DNA of 64,000 nt from assembly GCF_009914755.1 (NCBI RefSeq), contig NC_060932.1. One strand, written 5' to 3'. Positions 42,163 through 56,271 of this stretch are shown piece by piece. A program made the position numbers and the translations under genes. The notes beneath the pieces were generated by a model. That model was not told the DNA's origin, did no database searches, and saw nothing but the letters and a program-made list of their open reading frames with translations. This stretch comes from the human T2T-CHM13v2.0 reference genome, Homo sapiens. Every line of letters begins with the position of its first letter. Position 1 is the stretch's first letter.

Positions 42163-45100
42163 TTTTAAGATTTACATGCATTAACAAGTTTAATTTTAAC
42201 CAAAATTGGTTGTTTTATACTTTCCATTTTTTTTTCTTCATCTTGTTACTTTATCCGTGGTCTCCAGGATAAACTCTGAAGAGTTTTATTGGCAATGGGC
42301 ATTCTTGCTTGTTCCTGAATTTAACAGAAATATTTTTATTTATATTATTTTATTATTTGTATTGCTTATTACTACAAATTTTGGGGGGGATTCTTTACTC
42401 AGAAACCAATTTGAATCTTTTCAACAATTATGCAGGTTTTTTTTTTCATGTATCATTTTCATCCTTTCTTCTGTTAATGGTTCTTGCCATAGGATAAGTT
42501 TCCACAGATTTTACAGATTCTACATTTAGTCCAAACTTAACATTGGTACTCAAAATGAAACTCACCACAGACCTTTTATGTTTGTGTCACTCATGGTTCA
42601 CCCAAAAATCGCAAGTATGCCAAAAACACACGGTAACTGTGGACCTCTTTGCTTATGGCTTTAATGTTTTCTCTTGCTATGCTGTCTGCAAACAACAGAT
42701 CATAGAATGATAACAATTCATTGTAAAGTACCTTGGGTCTAGAGCCACGATGGTTATATCTACTTATTAATGACATATTGTTCATGCTTTGACCTTCTCG
42801 CATCTTAGCATGGTGGATGCTTTCTCATCCTTGTTTGATGAGGGACGGACTTGTATTTTTGCTCATCTCTGTAGGCTAGTTCTCTGTGTTCCCTCTCTTT
42901 TCTGTGCCACTGTCTTACAAATGACCTTATATCACAGTCTCTGTTTTTTATTTTGGAAAATGTCTTCAGCATTCACCAAAACCTTTAGAATTATTCTTAC
43001 CTCTTTATTTGGTTTTTATATTTGATATCACCATTTTGTTTTTTAGAAATTGTACTTCAAAAATCTATTCTAAACAAGGTCTTTCATTCTTATTCTTGCC
43101 TGACTTAACTAGTCCAGGCCCTGATTGTCTTTTGCCTGGACGACCACATATTTCTTGTATATCCACATTATCTTCTCCCACTCATTTCCCACTGCTTCCT
43201 GTATGTTCTCACCTTTGATTCTCCATGGCTAACTGGATCCATTCCAAAACATTCCCCTTGTTATAACAGATTCCTATCAATCTGGATCGTCATATGTATC
43301 CAGCCACGTGTTTTGACATTAATATAGGTTAATCGAGTATTTGAGACATTTAAAAGTTTGAGATGAGAGGATGTATGATTTCAAGTTGTAAGAAGTCAGT
43401 AAAATAGCAACAGCAGTCACTGTTGTTATAACCCATCTTTAATTATCCTGCTAATGTGTTTAAATAGGAAATAATTATGGAATTGTAGGTATCCACTATA
43501 CACTGAAAAGCCAAGCAAGTCATCACAATGTATGTGAAAGCTCTTGGCATATTTGTTTGTCATTTTTTTCTGTCAATTTTGCCATTTTAAATTATGTAAA
43601 TTAATTTGCATCAACATGTTTACTTCATATCAGTCAGGAGATCCACATAGAGTTTACAATTATTTTAAATGTCTAATTTAGTTTTTCTTTAAAATAGAAT
43701 ATAATTGACATCTTTTATCTGCATCTTCCTATATGAATATTTTGTTCTCCCTTTAACCATATATTAGATAATTATTTTGGAAAGTTTAAAGGATACTCAT
43801 TTCCCACTTGCAGACTATTTAATCAGATTCTCTGGAAATTTGGACATACATATTTTTTAAAAATTTACCTAAGCAATTAAAATTTGCAGCCATGGTTTGA
43901 AAAAAATGCTGGCTACTCTTTCTGTCTTCTCTTTTGGAAATCACTGCACCATCTGAACCTGCTCTTTGTGATATCACCAGCTGGCTGGCACACCTGTGAT
44001 GGAAAAAGCAGCTGAGCATCTGACATGCTATTTGTTATTATTATATTTTTGTTCTGACTGTTCTCAGACTGACAGAAGCATTGAAAATTCAATGATATAC
44101 TAGAAGAAATCTTTTTAGCATTTTTATATCAGATTGTCCTCACTTTCACTCTTTTTCCTTTGAAACCCATGAATATAAATTGAATATCAGATTCTCCACA
44201 GAAGAAAATAAAGCTATTGAGTTTTTATTGGTGGAGGTTAGCAGACACCATTAACTCATATTTCTTCAACCTAATTCTTCGTTACCAAATGAAACCACTG
44301 AAACCATCAATGCACAGGGTTCTATTAGATTCATGGCTTTGGAATTACTCCAAGGTGGTAAAAGTGAATGAGTGGCTATTATTTTATTACCTAATAGCTG
44401 ACTGTAGACTCTAACAAAATCCACACTTGGCTCAGCACCCATCCTCTTATCCCATGTCTGCTTCACACTGCTTTTAACGTATGAAATATATCCCAGGAAG
44501 ATATTGGCCTTGTTAAAATTGCATATAGTAAGATGTCCATTTACTATCCCGCGCCAGATGTCGTCTGTGATAGATATTATATACACAGACTAGATATTTA
44601 CCCAGAACAGCACCTGAAGTAGCATGATTTTCTTTTACCTCCAGATTTAATAAGAATAATAAAATGCATAAGAAATGACTGGATACTTATTATGGAATAC
44701 AAGGTATGCAGATTTTTATTATATGTTAGCATCATCATAAATGTCTGCAATAACCAGAAAACAATAAAGAATATGTTAATAATTTAAACTTTCAATTTGT
44801 GTTTATATAACTTCTAAAAGAAGAAGAATTAAGAAAACCAAATTCCAAAGTCATCTTCTTTCATATTTTATTATTTTCTTTTCCTGCAATGTTGGCCTGC
44901 CTTGGGAAGTCACTTTTTCCTAGGCACTTATCTTAAATTTATTATTCTACACTTCTTCAAGTTCAAGTAGCTAAGGAGAGTGGAAAAGCTTATTTCTCCG
45001 TGGGATACATTATTTATAATAAACTATAAACTATGCAAATTTCCATGTGCTCACAGTATTTACTAGGAAGGAATTTCTTCCTCTTTCTGTCACTGGCTGA

Positions 45101-46039
45101 GGGAAGAATGACCTCAAACTATTCAGTACACTTCTCTATAGCACATTTTCTGTCAAGCTCCTCATTGGTAAAATAAAGGGTGGGATAGGTTAATAATCTC
45201 TACATCTCCTTCTAATTCAGAAACTCTGTAATTTTGTTGCTCTACAAAGATGAATTTAAAAGTAAAAACAAAATTCTAAAAGGAATTCTCTAAAGACATG
45301 TATGTATCCAGAAGTTAGTTACTCAGATGAAAAAGAATACAAATTTTAACCAGAAGGTATCTATGAAGCATAGTACTTTGTCTAATGATCTTTTTAGGTT
45401 AAGTGGAAGGAAAATATATCATATGCTGTGTTGTAAAGTTTTCAAACTCTTCCATTCATGTATCATGTGTCCCTCAATTTATTAAATGCATTTATTGGTA
45501 AAATGCATGAGTTTCTACTTGTATTTAAAAGTATGTGACATAAAGTATCATAACTAAGAAAGAAAAAGAGAAATTTGTTCTTTATGATTCAGAATCCTGC
45601 AAGAATTCCAGCCTGGCATTTGGGAGCTCAGGTTGTCATCAGGCCACTGAAAGTAAACTCTTTATCCTTGAGTGACTCATCTGTGAATGGGGGAAATCAG
45701 AAGAGTACCTCTGCCTCTCTTTATCCTTTCTTTTATCTGCCACCACGCAGTTCATGCTGCCACATCCCTCACCAGGAATATTGCATGAGTCTCCTAACTC
45801 TTCCTTTTCCTCTTCTGTTACCATCTGATTTATTCTGGTTATTCTTGATAAATGCAAATTTAATAGTGTTGCTTTCTACCTAAAGCATTTAAAGGGCTTT
45901 TCAATTTAATAAATAACATAAAACTTAAACTCCTTGTAATGTGCTCAAACTATTTTATGAATTGTTTCTTACCCATTGCCAATGTCATGCAACTCTGACT
46001 CACTGACTGCTAGCTAGCTTCATTGGTAGTGAATGAGAC

Positions 46040-46430
46040 CTTGCACACATGAGGCTCATTTGATTTTCTGTCTTCCTGGAATTATCTCCCCTGGGCTTGT
46101 CCAGTGGCTGAATTATCCTCATCCTTCAGGTTTCCTTCAAAGGATACCTCCACAGATGGGCTTTTTGAGTTGACTTTACATTCGACTTTTTACAAGTCTT
46201 CTCTGTCACATTATTATGTTTATGCTTTTTATAGCATTTATCACAAATAAAAATGTGCATGTATTTTTTGTTTTGCTTATAATCTTTTTGTATCCCTAGA
46301 ATGAAAACTCTATGGGAACATAGACCTTATTGTCTAATTCCCACTGTGTCTCAGTGCAAGTGTTATATACAGGGACCACACTCAGTACAATACTATTTGC
46401 AAAGTAGAGATATTTAATAAATATACGGTC
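46040..46430. mobile_element. L2 LINE 3' fragment
   Basis: CCTCATCCTTCAGG...CTAGAATGAAAACTCTATGGGAACATAGACC...TAATAAATAT L2-type 3' motifs. Confidence 0.5.
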
Positions 46431-48239
46431 AAAATATTAATTTTAGAAAACAATAAAAAGGGTATCTTTTTAAATAAAAATATACCAATGGATGATTATA
46501 AATAATACAGCTCTGTCTTTAAAAATCCTATAATTTCTTTCTCTTTTTTTGTGCAGATAAGTAGCTCAAAGTATTAAAAATACTTACAAGTATTTTTGCT
46601 TGTAAAAAGTTGCTTTATAAGTGCTCTAGGTGCTTGGATGAGGTAGGCCTTTATTTTAAATTTGAATGATCAGTAATATATAAAAACTCTTCAAATCATA
46701 AAGCCAGTATAAATATTGAATAAAGCTAATGAATAGTTTCCATGGTCAGTTTAAATGTTTGTTGTTTCCTTTAAAACATTTTTCAGATAGTGTTTAATGC
46801 TGTGAACTGTTCAACAGTGAAATTAAAACAAAATATCAGCGATTTGAAAATGTCTTTATCAAATATTTACTTTTATTTGAATTTCTTGATGTATGTTTGT
46901 TTTGTTTTGCATATTTTAAGTTAAAAGTTGAGTAAAAATTTACAATTTTATTCTATCATTAACACCTTAATCCACACAGAGCAATGCTGGGACTAGAATG
47001 AGTCAAGCTAGGTGCTTAAGGAGACACTCGCTCTCAGTGTTTTGTGTGCACAGGTCAGCAGCTGAGAGTGATAGCCTCCTTAAATTCTGTCTGCTTGGTG
47101 CCTGGCTTGCTATAACCTAGCCCTAGCCTGTATTCACAGTTACAAAGACAGGAACATGGAGGCCATGCCTTGCCAAAGTGAGCTCATTCACCTAATTGTG
47201 AGTAGCCACAGGGTAAATTATCTGTGTAACTCTGTTCTATTAGAGTGATTTAGCAAAATAAAATGTTTTTGGTTTTTAATTAGCTTTTGTTTTTAATTTT
47301 TAATTTTGTTTTTAATTAGCTGCATCCCCAAAAGGAAAGAATTAGTGTCTTATTTTAAATATTTTTATGATAGATCATAAGAACTATCAACTTTTTGTAT
47401 CAGAAAGTCAGGTGTGTTACTCGACTATGTCATCTGCTATATCTGTGCACATATTGTTTCAATTTATCCCCATAATTTATACTCTATAAAAGCACATTCT
47501 ATTTTGTTGTTTTATGTGAACTGTTTTAGGAAATGGTATTCCTTGCATTTACCTAAATAAGCATAGCATCCAAAAATAACAAAAATTGAAAGATAATTCA
47601 ATACATTTAGCTTGTCAATTTCAGTTTGTGAAGTTTCATATAATCTCAGTCTCCAAATAACTCATCAAGAAGAATGAATTAAAAATTTTGAATTCTTCTG
47701 TGTACCTTATTCTCAGAAAATTATAGTATTTGTATTTCACAACAGCTTTCTCAATGAACCTCCTTATTGTCATGCAGGATGATAGGATTCAAGGGATAAG
47801 TATGTTTTTTTTTTTCTTCATAGTGTGTGATTCTTCTTGGTTTTCCAACCTAATTTCTGAACCAATTGAGAGATACAAAAAAGTAAACATATAGAAATAA
47901 AAATGGCATGTTTTATTATTAACTGAGCCAATGGGGAATGCGCCTTCGAAGTAGCAAAAAAAGGCTTCCATATAACTGCATCCTAGATGTGGAGACTTCT
48001 CTATTCTCTCCTAGTCAGTGGAGATTCACAATCATGTCAGGGTCTTTATTGCTGAGATAACCACATGGATTAGAATGGAATAGGGAACATCGGCAGTCAG
48101 GAGCTTATAAGAGACACTAGAAAGGACTGAGCGTCACTTATCCCATTCCTTGTCCCAAGCCACAAGTAAAATGAATCACTTTTTGTTCCTATAGTGAAAA
48201 GAGTGGAGAGAGAGAAGGAAGCCTAGGGTGTTATTGTAA

Positions 48240-48403
48240 TGGGAATTGCTCAATTTAGAAACAGGATGAGTGGAGTACAATAAAAACTGAGACTGACTAT
48301 GCTATACTTGGGCCATACTTATTCTTAATAAAATGTGGCTTATCTGAAATTCAAATTTGAACTGGGCATCTTGCATTTTTATTTCTTAAATCTGACAATG
48401 CTG
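48240..48403. mobile_element. MER53-like hAT MITE fragment
   Basis: TTATCTGAAATTCAAATTTGAACTGGGCATCTTGCATTTTTATTTCTTAAATCTGACAA. Confidence 0.65.
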
Positions 48404-51400
48404 AATGGAGAATAACTGTTCCCCCAATGTCCCCTCAGTTTCACCCTTCAGATGATTCTCTAAATTTATTTTCCTTATTTTTTGTAATTTTGTAATTTTT
48501 AATTTTTGTGGATACATAGTAGGTGCATATATTTGCAGGGTACATGAGAGGTTTTGATACAGGCATGCAATGTGAAATAATCATATCATGGATAGTGAGA
48601 TCTTATTAGTGTTCTTTTTTTTTAATTGGAAACACCAGAAGAAACTTTAATGGTACTGAGAATTATATTTTATGGCACTGGATCGAAAGGTCTCTATAAT
48701 GTCTTTTGATTCTATAAAGTTAGGGATCTGAAGTAGTTAGGGCTGGCATAATTAAGCAGCAGGGTGGGTCCTCAGAGTGCCACAAGTCACAAACAGGAAG
48801 AAAGTATACGCCAGGGCAGTTTCACGATCTTCAAAATGCTGTTCTGTTTGGTTAAGTTCATGAGGACCTAAGCTGAAAGAGACTGTCAACATATATTTTG
48901 TTTTCTCCCAATTCCTTATATTGCAGATGTGATAACTAAGTTCAGAAATTTTCTTTTCTAAAATCATACAGCCAGTTAAATGAAAAGCTAGGGTTGAACA
49001 GTCAGACCTTCAGTATACTGATCCAATTTTCTTTTTGCTCCTCCATGGAGTTTTTTTTCCACCTCTCACTCCTTGCCTTGGCTGCTAAGAACAGTACGTG
49101 TGACTATGCTGCAGTTCCTAAGTTCTACTTATTATGCCTACACATTTTTCTAGCAATAACTACCCCTAATAGACCTTGCAGAGCACCCAAATTGAAAATA
49201 CCCATTTTTCATTAATAGATTAAGCAAAAGCTGCTAAATAATGATGATGGCAATAATTACATAAAGGGTCTAAATACAAAATAAATTTTGAATCAGATTA
49301 GAATGCAGAGGAAAATTCAATTTTCCAATTTCCACTGCCAAGAAGAGAAACTGCTGCCTGGTGGAATTCAATACAGGTCTGTATGTTTAACTGAGCAAAT
49401 GAGCCCTGCATGCCATAACTAAAAATAATACAAATGCAGGACATAAGCATCGACACAAGGGACTTCATTTGCCATTGGTGTCTCTGTGCATTTGTGCTTC
49501 TTGTCTTTGTAATATAAGTGACTTGTCACTCTACTATGATTGGGCAGAAATATTAAATATGCTTTTGCTCAATTCTGAATGATCTTATGAATATAATCCT
49601 GTACTCCCTTACTTTAGAAACTCCTTAATTAACTCTCAATTTTTTTGTATGATAAAAAGCTTCTCCTCTATTATGATATAGTAGGCTCTACCTGCATTTT
49701 TTTCAGTTTAACTCTTTCATGTCCCCATCATCATATTCTATGCTCCAGTGAGAACCTGCTCCAGTCAGAATGAATACTTTCCTGAATGTAATAGGCTTTT
49801 CCATGTGGGTGGATTGATGGATACAAAGAAAATAAAGTAATATACCTATTGAAGCAACCCCAAGCTAGTTCTAATTGATGGAAGTGGTATATAAACTACA
49901 TTTGGAAAAATACTAGGCAGGTAAAATATAAACTTCCTGTAGCCCTCTCTTATCCAGTTGACTGCTCCCTTCACTTTTAATGCTCCAATGTTTAGTCCTT
50001 CTTGCAAACAGAAAGAAGGTAAAATGCAAACATCTGATTACAATTCGTGTGAATCTTATTGAGATAACGTTGACCTATCAAGTTCTCCCTTTGTGTGTCT
50101 GACATTCTGAATGTATGCTACCTCATTACCTAGAATGTTATACCATTATCTGGAAGGTAAGCAATATTACAACCATTTACAAATGAGAAAACTGAGGCTC
50201 AGAGAGATTAAATAACTTGTCTCAAGTTTCACATCCAGATATCATTAAATATCTGTTTGATGCCAGATATCACTAAATACCTCAGTTTATAATTGTACTG
50301 CAGACCAGAGACTGGTTTTGTCACCATGGCCATTAATGCTGCTTCGTAGATATTTGAATAGGGTTATGTTTCATTTCTTGAGAACAAAATGGGATCCTTT
50401 TGAGCTACTTTTTTTTACAAGTCTATATGTGTTGTTTTAAAAATCCTGTGAAAGCTCATACAAGATAAATATAGTATAAATATAAAGTAGATAAATAAAG
50501 TAGTAGTAAGTTGTAGTAACGTTTTGTCTCAAATCTTATATCGCATAGCTCTGTGGCCTAAAACAATTATGGCACTAATATCTCTAGGTATCTGTTTTAA
50601 TATCAGGAAAGGCACTTATGTATTTGAGAAAGATTTTTTCTCTTGAGGTAATGATTATTGCTCTACATTTCACACAGACTACATATTCTGGATATTATGG
50701 ATTAACCTCATTTTTTATAAGTTTCATGCCTAGTCTGGAATTTTTATTGATATTTTTGGACATCAATCGATCTTTCTCTAGATTTTGAATCCTTTTAGAA
50801 ATATACACTGGAGACTGATAGGAATTAAACCTTCTATCTGTTTTACCCTGACAAATCTGGATTACAGAATAAGGATTACATCCAAGACCAAAATAGACTT
50901 CTTGCATCACTCCCCAGATCCACAACTTTGGGGCCATACATCGTAAGTGTTGTGTCAGCAGCATATTTGTTTATTAAAATTTTCTTCCAATATTTCTTGA
51001 GTGTCTCCTATGTGCCTGTGACTACCTAGGTACTATTTATACCACAAAAGAGACAAAATCAACCATGCTGTTATAGACCCTCTATTCTTAAAGGTATTGG
51101 CCTAGACTTCAGATGAACCTACAATATGAATTCAATAAGTAGAATGCATGCTGTGACCCCACCATGCCCACTGTATGGAAACAGGTTCAGAGAATACAAA
51201 ATGAGAGCCTGCCCCGTTTAAAGTTCTGCTCTTCAAGGAGATTCAGAGGAGGTTGGAATACTCATCCCCACTTCATAGAGAACCAGGTCTCAATGGATGT
51301 TTGCCTTTCATGTCTACCAGTACAGAAAATTTCAGGGATTTCTTATACTCCACAAAAAGAAAAAAAAAAGTTAGGAGATGTTATAGTTGACTTTGAAATA

Positions 51401-52368
51401 AGTTTCAGAGGAAAGAAACTGCTTCATCCATTACTGTTCCCCAAATGTATGTTCTTTTAACCCACCGAGTTTATCAAATAAACTCATGGTCAACCAGTGA
51501 GTTCCTCTGGAGGAGGAAACAACTAAGTGTCGGGGCAAGTTCAGCTTTTATTACCAGAGGACTCTGACAGAAGTTCGGAACACAGCATTAGTAAAATGTA
51601 CTTCCAGGCATACTGTGCCTGAAGTCAAGCATTCTCTCCCTGTCCTTTCTTCTCCCCATTAAAGAATGTAAAGCAATCGAGTGGATCTAGTCATTATTAA
51701 ATTTCTCATTGCTATAAATAACACAGACATAATTAATATATTTAAAGAATATTATAAAACCATTACATCAATAAATTAGAAGATATATAAAAGAAATTAC
51801 CTTAAAACAATATAATATAAATGATAACATTTCAATTTCAACTCAAAAATTAATATACAGTCTTAGCATGATAATCTTTGGAAAAAACCTGAATGAACAG
51901 TTGAAAGTTTTGCCAGGTAGAAAACTCAAAGCCTGCATATTTTTGTCAGAAATTCTATCAAAAATTTAAAAATACTTATAGGTTCATATAAACATTTTCA
52001 GTGGGATAATATTTCTTATCTCAATTTACATTATTTATACATTGCCTTTATACCAAACCCCATAAGAACAAGAAAAATGAAATTTTACTGGTCAAAGTTA
52101 CCATTTAACCTACAGGCAAAAATCCAAAATAAAATGTTGATAAGACAAATCAAAGTATTCGTCTGTCTACTATCTATTGGTCCAATTAATAATGAGGGTT
52201 TACCCCAAAATCCAAGTTTGATTTAGCATTAGAAAAATCTATTAACACAATTCCTACAGATGCAGATTAATACAAAAACATAATTTTATCTCAATAGTTG
52301 CAGAAAAGCATTTTTAAAAATTCAACAATGACTCGTATTAAAAATTATTAGCTAACTAGGAATGAAGA

Positions 52369-52745
52369 TGTGAAGATTAAGTGTCAATTTACCTAAGCTA
52401 TGGTGTCTGGAAGTCTGGTCAAAAACAGGTCTAGATGTTGCTGTAAAGGTTGTTTGTTTATTTTAGATGTGATTAACATTCACATCAGTAAAATTTGAGT
52501 AAAGCGTACCCTCTATAATGTGGATGGAGCTCATCCAATCAGTAGCAGGTCTTAAGAGAAAAAGGCTGAAGTCCCACAGTGGAGAGAAAATTTTGCCTCC
52601 AGACTTGAAATACAACATCAGCTCTTTCCTGGGTCTCTAGCCTGTGGGCCTGCCCTATTGGAATCACCAAGCCTCAGAATCACATGGGTTAATTATTTAA
52701 AATCTATTTCTCTCTCACTGTTTCTCTCTGTCTCCCTCTCTCTCT
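52369..52745 (+). mobile_element. ERVL MLT2-type LTR
   Basis: GTGTCAATTTACCTAAGCTATGGTG...CTAGATGTTGCTGTAAAGG...CTCATCCAATCAGT MLT2 motifs. Confidence 0.75.
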
Positions 52746-52748
52746 CTG

Positions 52749-52800
<52 letters not shown>
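52708..52800. repeat. Compound (CT)n(AT)n(GT)n microsatellite
   Basis: Seen directly. Confidence 0.92.
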
Positions 52801-53860
52801 AGATTTATAGTTAAACACAAAATGTTATATTTAAATGTGAAATATTGAAATCTTTGGTCCTAGGTAAAATGGGAAATCATAAATGAGTGAATAAACAAAT
52901 GGTATAAGAATTGTTACCATTTCTGATGATATAAATAACTATTACAGAGTATATGATTTCTATATAGATTTTAATTTCAATTTAAACATGTATTATTATC
53001 AATCTAGCAGACTAATAGATAACTAAAAATTAAATCTATATTCACACAGTAGTAATAATTAAAAAACAAATTTTAAAAATTACAATTTCATAAAAGAGTA
53101 TGAAGAAATAAGAGACAAATGAGACACTCATAGAGAAAATTCTAGTAGTTAATTTATGGGCAAAAGGAAAACCCAAGTGAAGTGATAAACAAGCCAAGAT
53201 TTTGGATTGGATATAGTGTTAAAATATCTTTCACCCTGGTATAGATGCATCAGTTCTCTCTCTATTAAAATATCAGCAAAGTTTTCAATAATTTGACAAC
53301 CTAATTAGAAACCTCCTATGGCCACCCTTTTTAGAATTCAAACCTTTGTACCATACCATCTAAATCCCACATGCCCTTGTCTATAAATTGCATAGCCCTC
53401 TTTACCTTCCAGTATTCTTTATGATATTTTATTTCCTGGTTTTTTTTTGTACATATTCTTTCCTACACACATTAGAATGTAAGCTCCACAAGGATAGGAA
53501 GCTTTGTCTGTTTTGTAGCATGATACAGCCAAGTGCCTGCTGAATAGTCAGTGATTGGTAATTATTTGTTGGATGATGTTTAAAATCACTGTAAAAATAG
53601 AGTTGGAAAATAATAGCAAATTGAATAAATAATAATTATGAAAGAACATATTTTTCTATATAAATTTTTATTTCAATTTAAACATTACAATTCTTAATAA
53701 TCTAGCAAGACTGATAGATAATTAAAAATTAAATATTTATTCACATGGTAGCAATAATTATAAAACAATTTAAAAAATTGCAATCTCATAAAAATGGTAC
53801 ATAGGAATAAAAGACAAGTAAAACCCTCACAGAGAAAATTATCTGTGAATAAAAATTTAG

Positions 53861-54155
<295 letters not shown>

Positions 54156-54197
54156 TTAAAAGATACCCTCAAGATTTAAAAGATTATATTAATTAGG

Positions 54198-54581
54198 TGT
54201 ATTAGTCTGTTCTAACACTGCTATAAAGAACTACCTGAGACTGGGTAATTTATGAAGAAAAGAGGGTTAATTGGCTAACAGTTCTGCAGGCTATACAGGA
54301 AGCATGACTGGGAGGCCTCAGGAAACTTACAATCATGGCAGAAAGCAAAGGGGAAGCAAGCATGTCTTCACATGGCCAGGCAGGAAAGAAAGAGTGAAGG
54401 GGGAAGTGGTACACACTTTTAAACAACCAGATCTCGTGAGAACTCACTCACTATCATGAAGACAAAAAGGGGGGAATCTTCCACTATGATCCAATCACCT
54501 CCTACCAGTCCCTGCCCCAACACTGGGGATTACAATTCAACGTGAGATTTGGGTGGGGAAACAGAGCCAAAAACCATATCA
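54198..54581 (-). mobile_element. MaLR MSTA/THE1-type solo LTR
   Basis: TGTATTAGTCTGTTCT...CCTGAGACTGGGTAATTTATGAAGAAAAGAGG...AACCATATCA; perfect 5-bp TSD TTAGG (54193-54197, 54582-54586). Confidence 0.92.
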
Positions 54582-55937
54582 TTAGGATAGTGAAGTTTTT
54601 GCACAGGTAGAAATAAACAAAGTAATTGAAGGTAAAGGAGATGCTAGAAACAGATTCAATTTATGCATGTATGTGCACCTCTCATGTATTACAGAAGTGT
54701 CATCATAGAGCATCAGGGGAAAGAATGGTCTTTACAATAAATGGAGCTGGAACAACAAATTATCCCATACCCCAAGTTATGTTTGTGTGGCAAAACTATC
54801 AGAGAAACAACTATGTGAGGTGATGGATATGTTAATTAGCTTGATTGGGTGATCATTTCCCAATGTATACATGCATTAAAACATCAGTTGGTACATCTTA
54901 AACATATACAATTCCTATCTATCAGGCATACCTTAATAAAGCTGAAAAAAGAGAAAATCTACTGGGTTATATACCGCATATATTTGTAATGGCAAAGGAC
55001 TGGTTTCATAATTATATACATTATTTTATTAATCAATACAAAGAAAGGCAGAAAAACCAATAGAAAAATAGGCAAACATCTTTAGCAGATATTTTATCCA
55101 AATAATCAATAAACATGAAAAGCTGTTCAGCTTCATTATTAATCAGGGAACTGCAAATTAGAACCACAATAAGATAAAATTATCTTCTCAGCATACTTGC
55201 AAAAATTAAAACAGTCTTATACTACCATGTATTGCTCAGAATGTGTAGTAATAGAAACTCTCATATAATGCCTCTGGGAATGTAGTTTCATATAGTCACT
55301 TAATAAAATGGCATTATCTACTGAATGGGAAGGTTTGCATAGTCTGTGATAAGTTGATTCCACTTCTAAATAAATATTCAGCGAATGGTTGCCCACATGG
55401 AATTATTAGTATGTAATAACACCAAACTAGAAATAACCCAATGTCCATCACCAGTAGAAAAGACAAACTCTTACGTATTTATGCAATGAGCTATCATCCA
55501 GTGATATAAAAGAATGAACTGCACTACATAAAAAAATCTAGACAGATTTTATAAACATGAGGCTGTCTAAAAGAGGCAAGAATCAAGAGAACACATACTT
55601 TATTTCATTTATGTAAGGTTAAAAAATAAAAATAAAATCACATACATACATATAAATATAAAATCAGTGCCTTGAAGTAATGCATACTTCAATATATGAA
55701 TATGTTTATTTACTTATACATAATATTTAATTGTAAATATTTACCTATATCAATATTAATATAGATATGCATGTACATATTACAGGATAAGGAGGGGAAT
55801 GTGATCAGAAGGGACACATGGAGGAATACTGGGCACTACTAATATACTCCTACTCCCTCTCAGTGGTGGCTACATAGCACCCACTTTATTTCTATGCATT
55901 TAATTCAGCATTTTTTCTCTTTTCTATGTGTATGTTA

Positions 55938-56271
<334 letters not shown>

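Noticed and set aside
44266-44586. 106-aa minus ORF in unique sequence (also 48752-48967)
   Set aside because: No recognisable homology or convincing splice-site pair; length compatible with chance
50236-50282. Short tandem duplication CCAGATATCA(T/C)TAAATA
   Set aside because: Trivial slippage-type duplication at the edge of a MIR-like fragment
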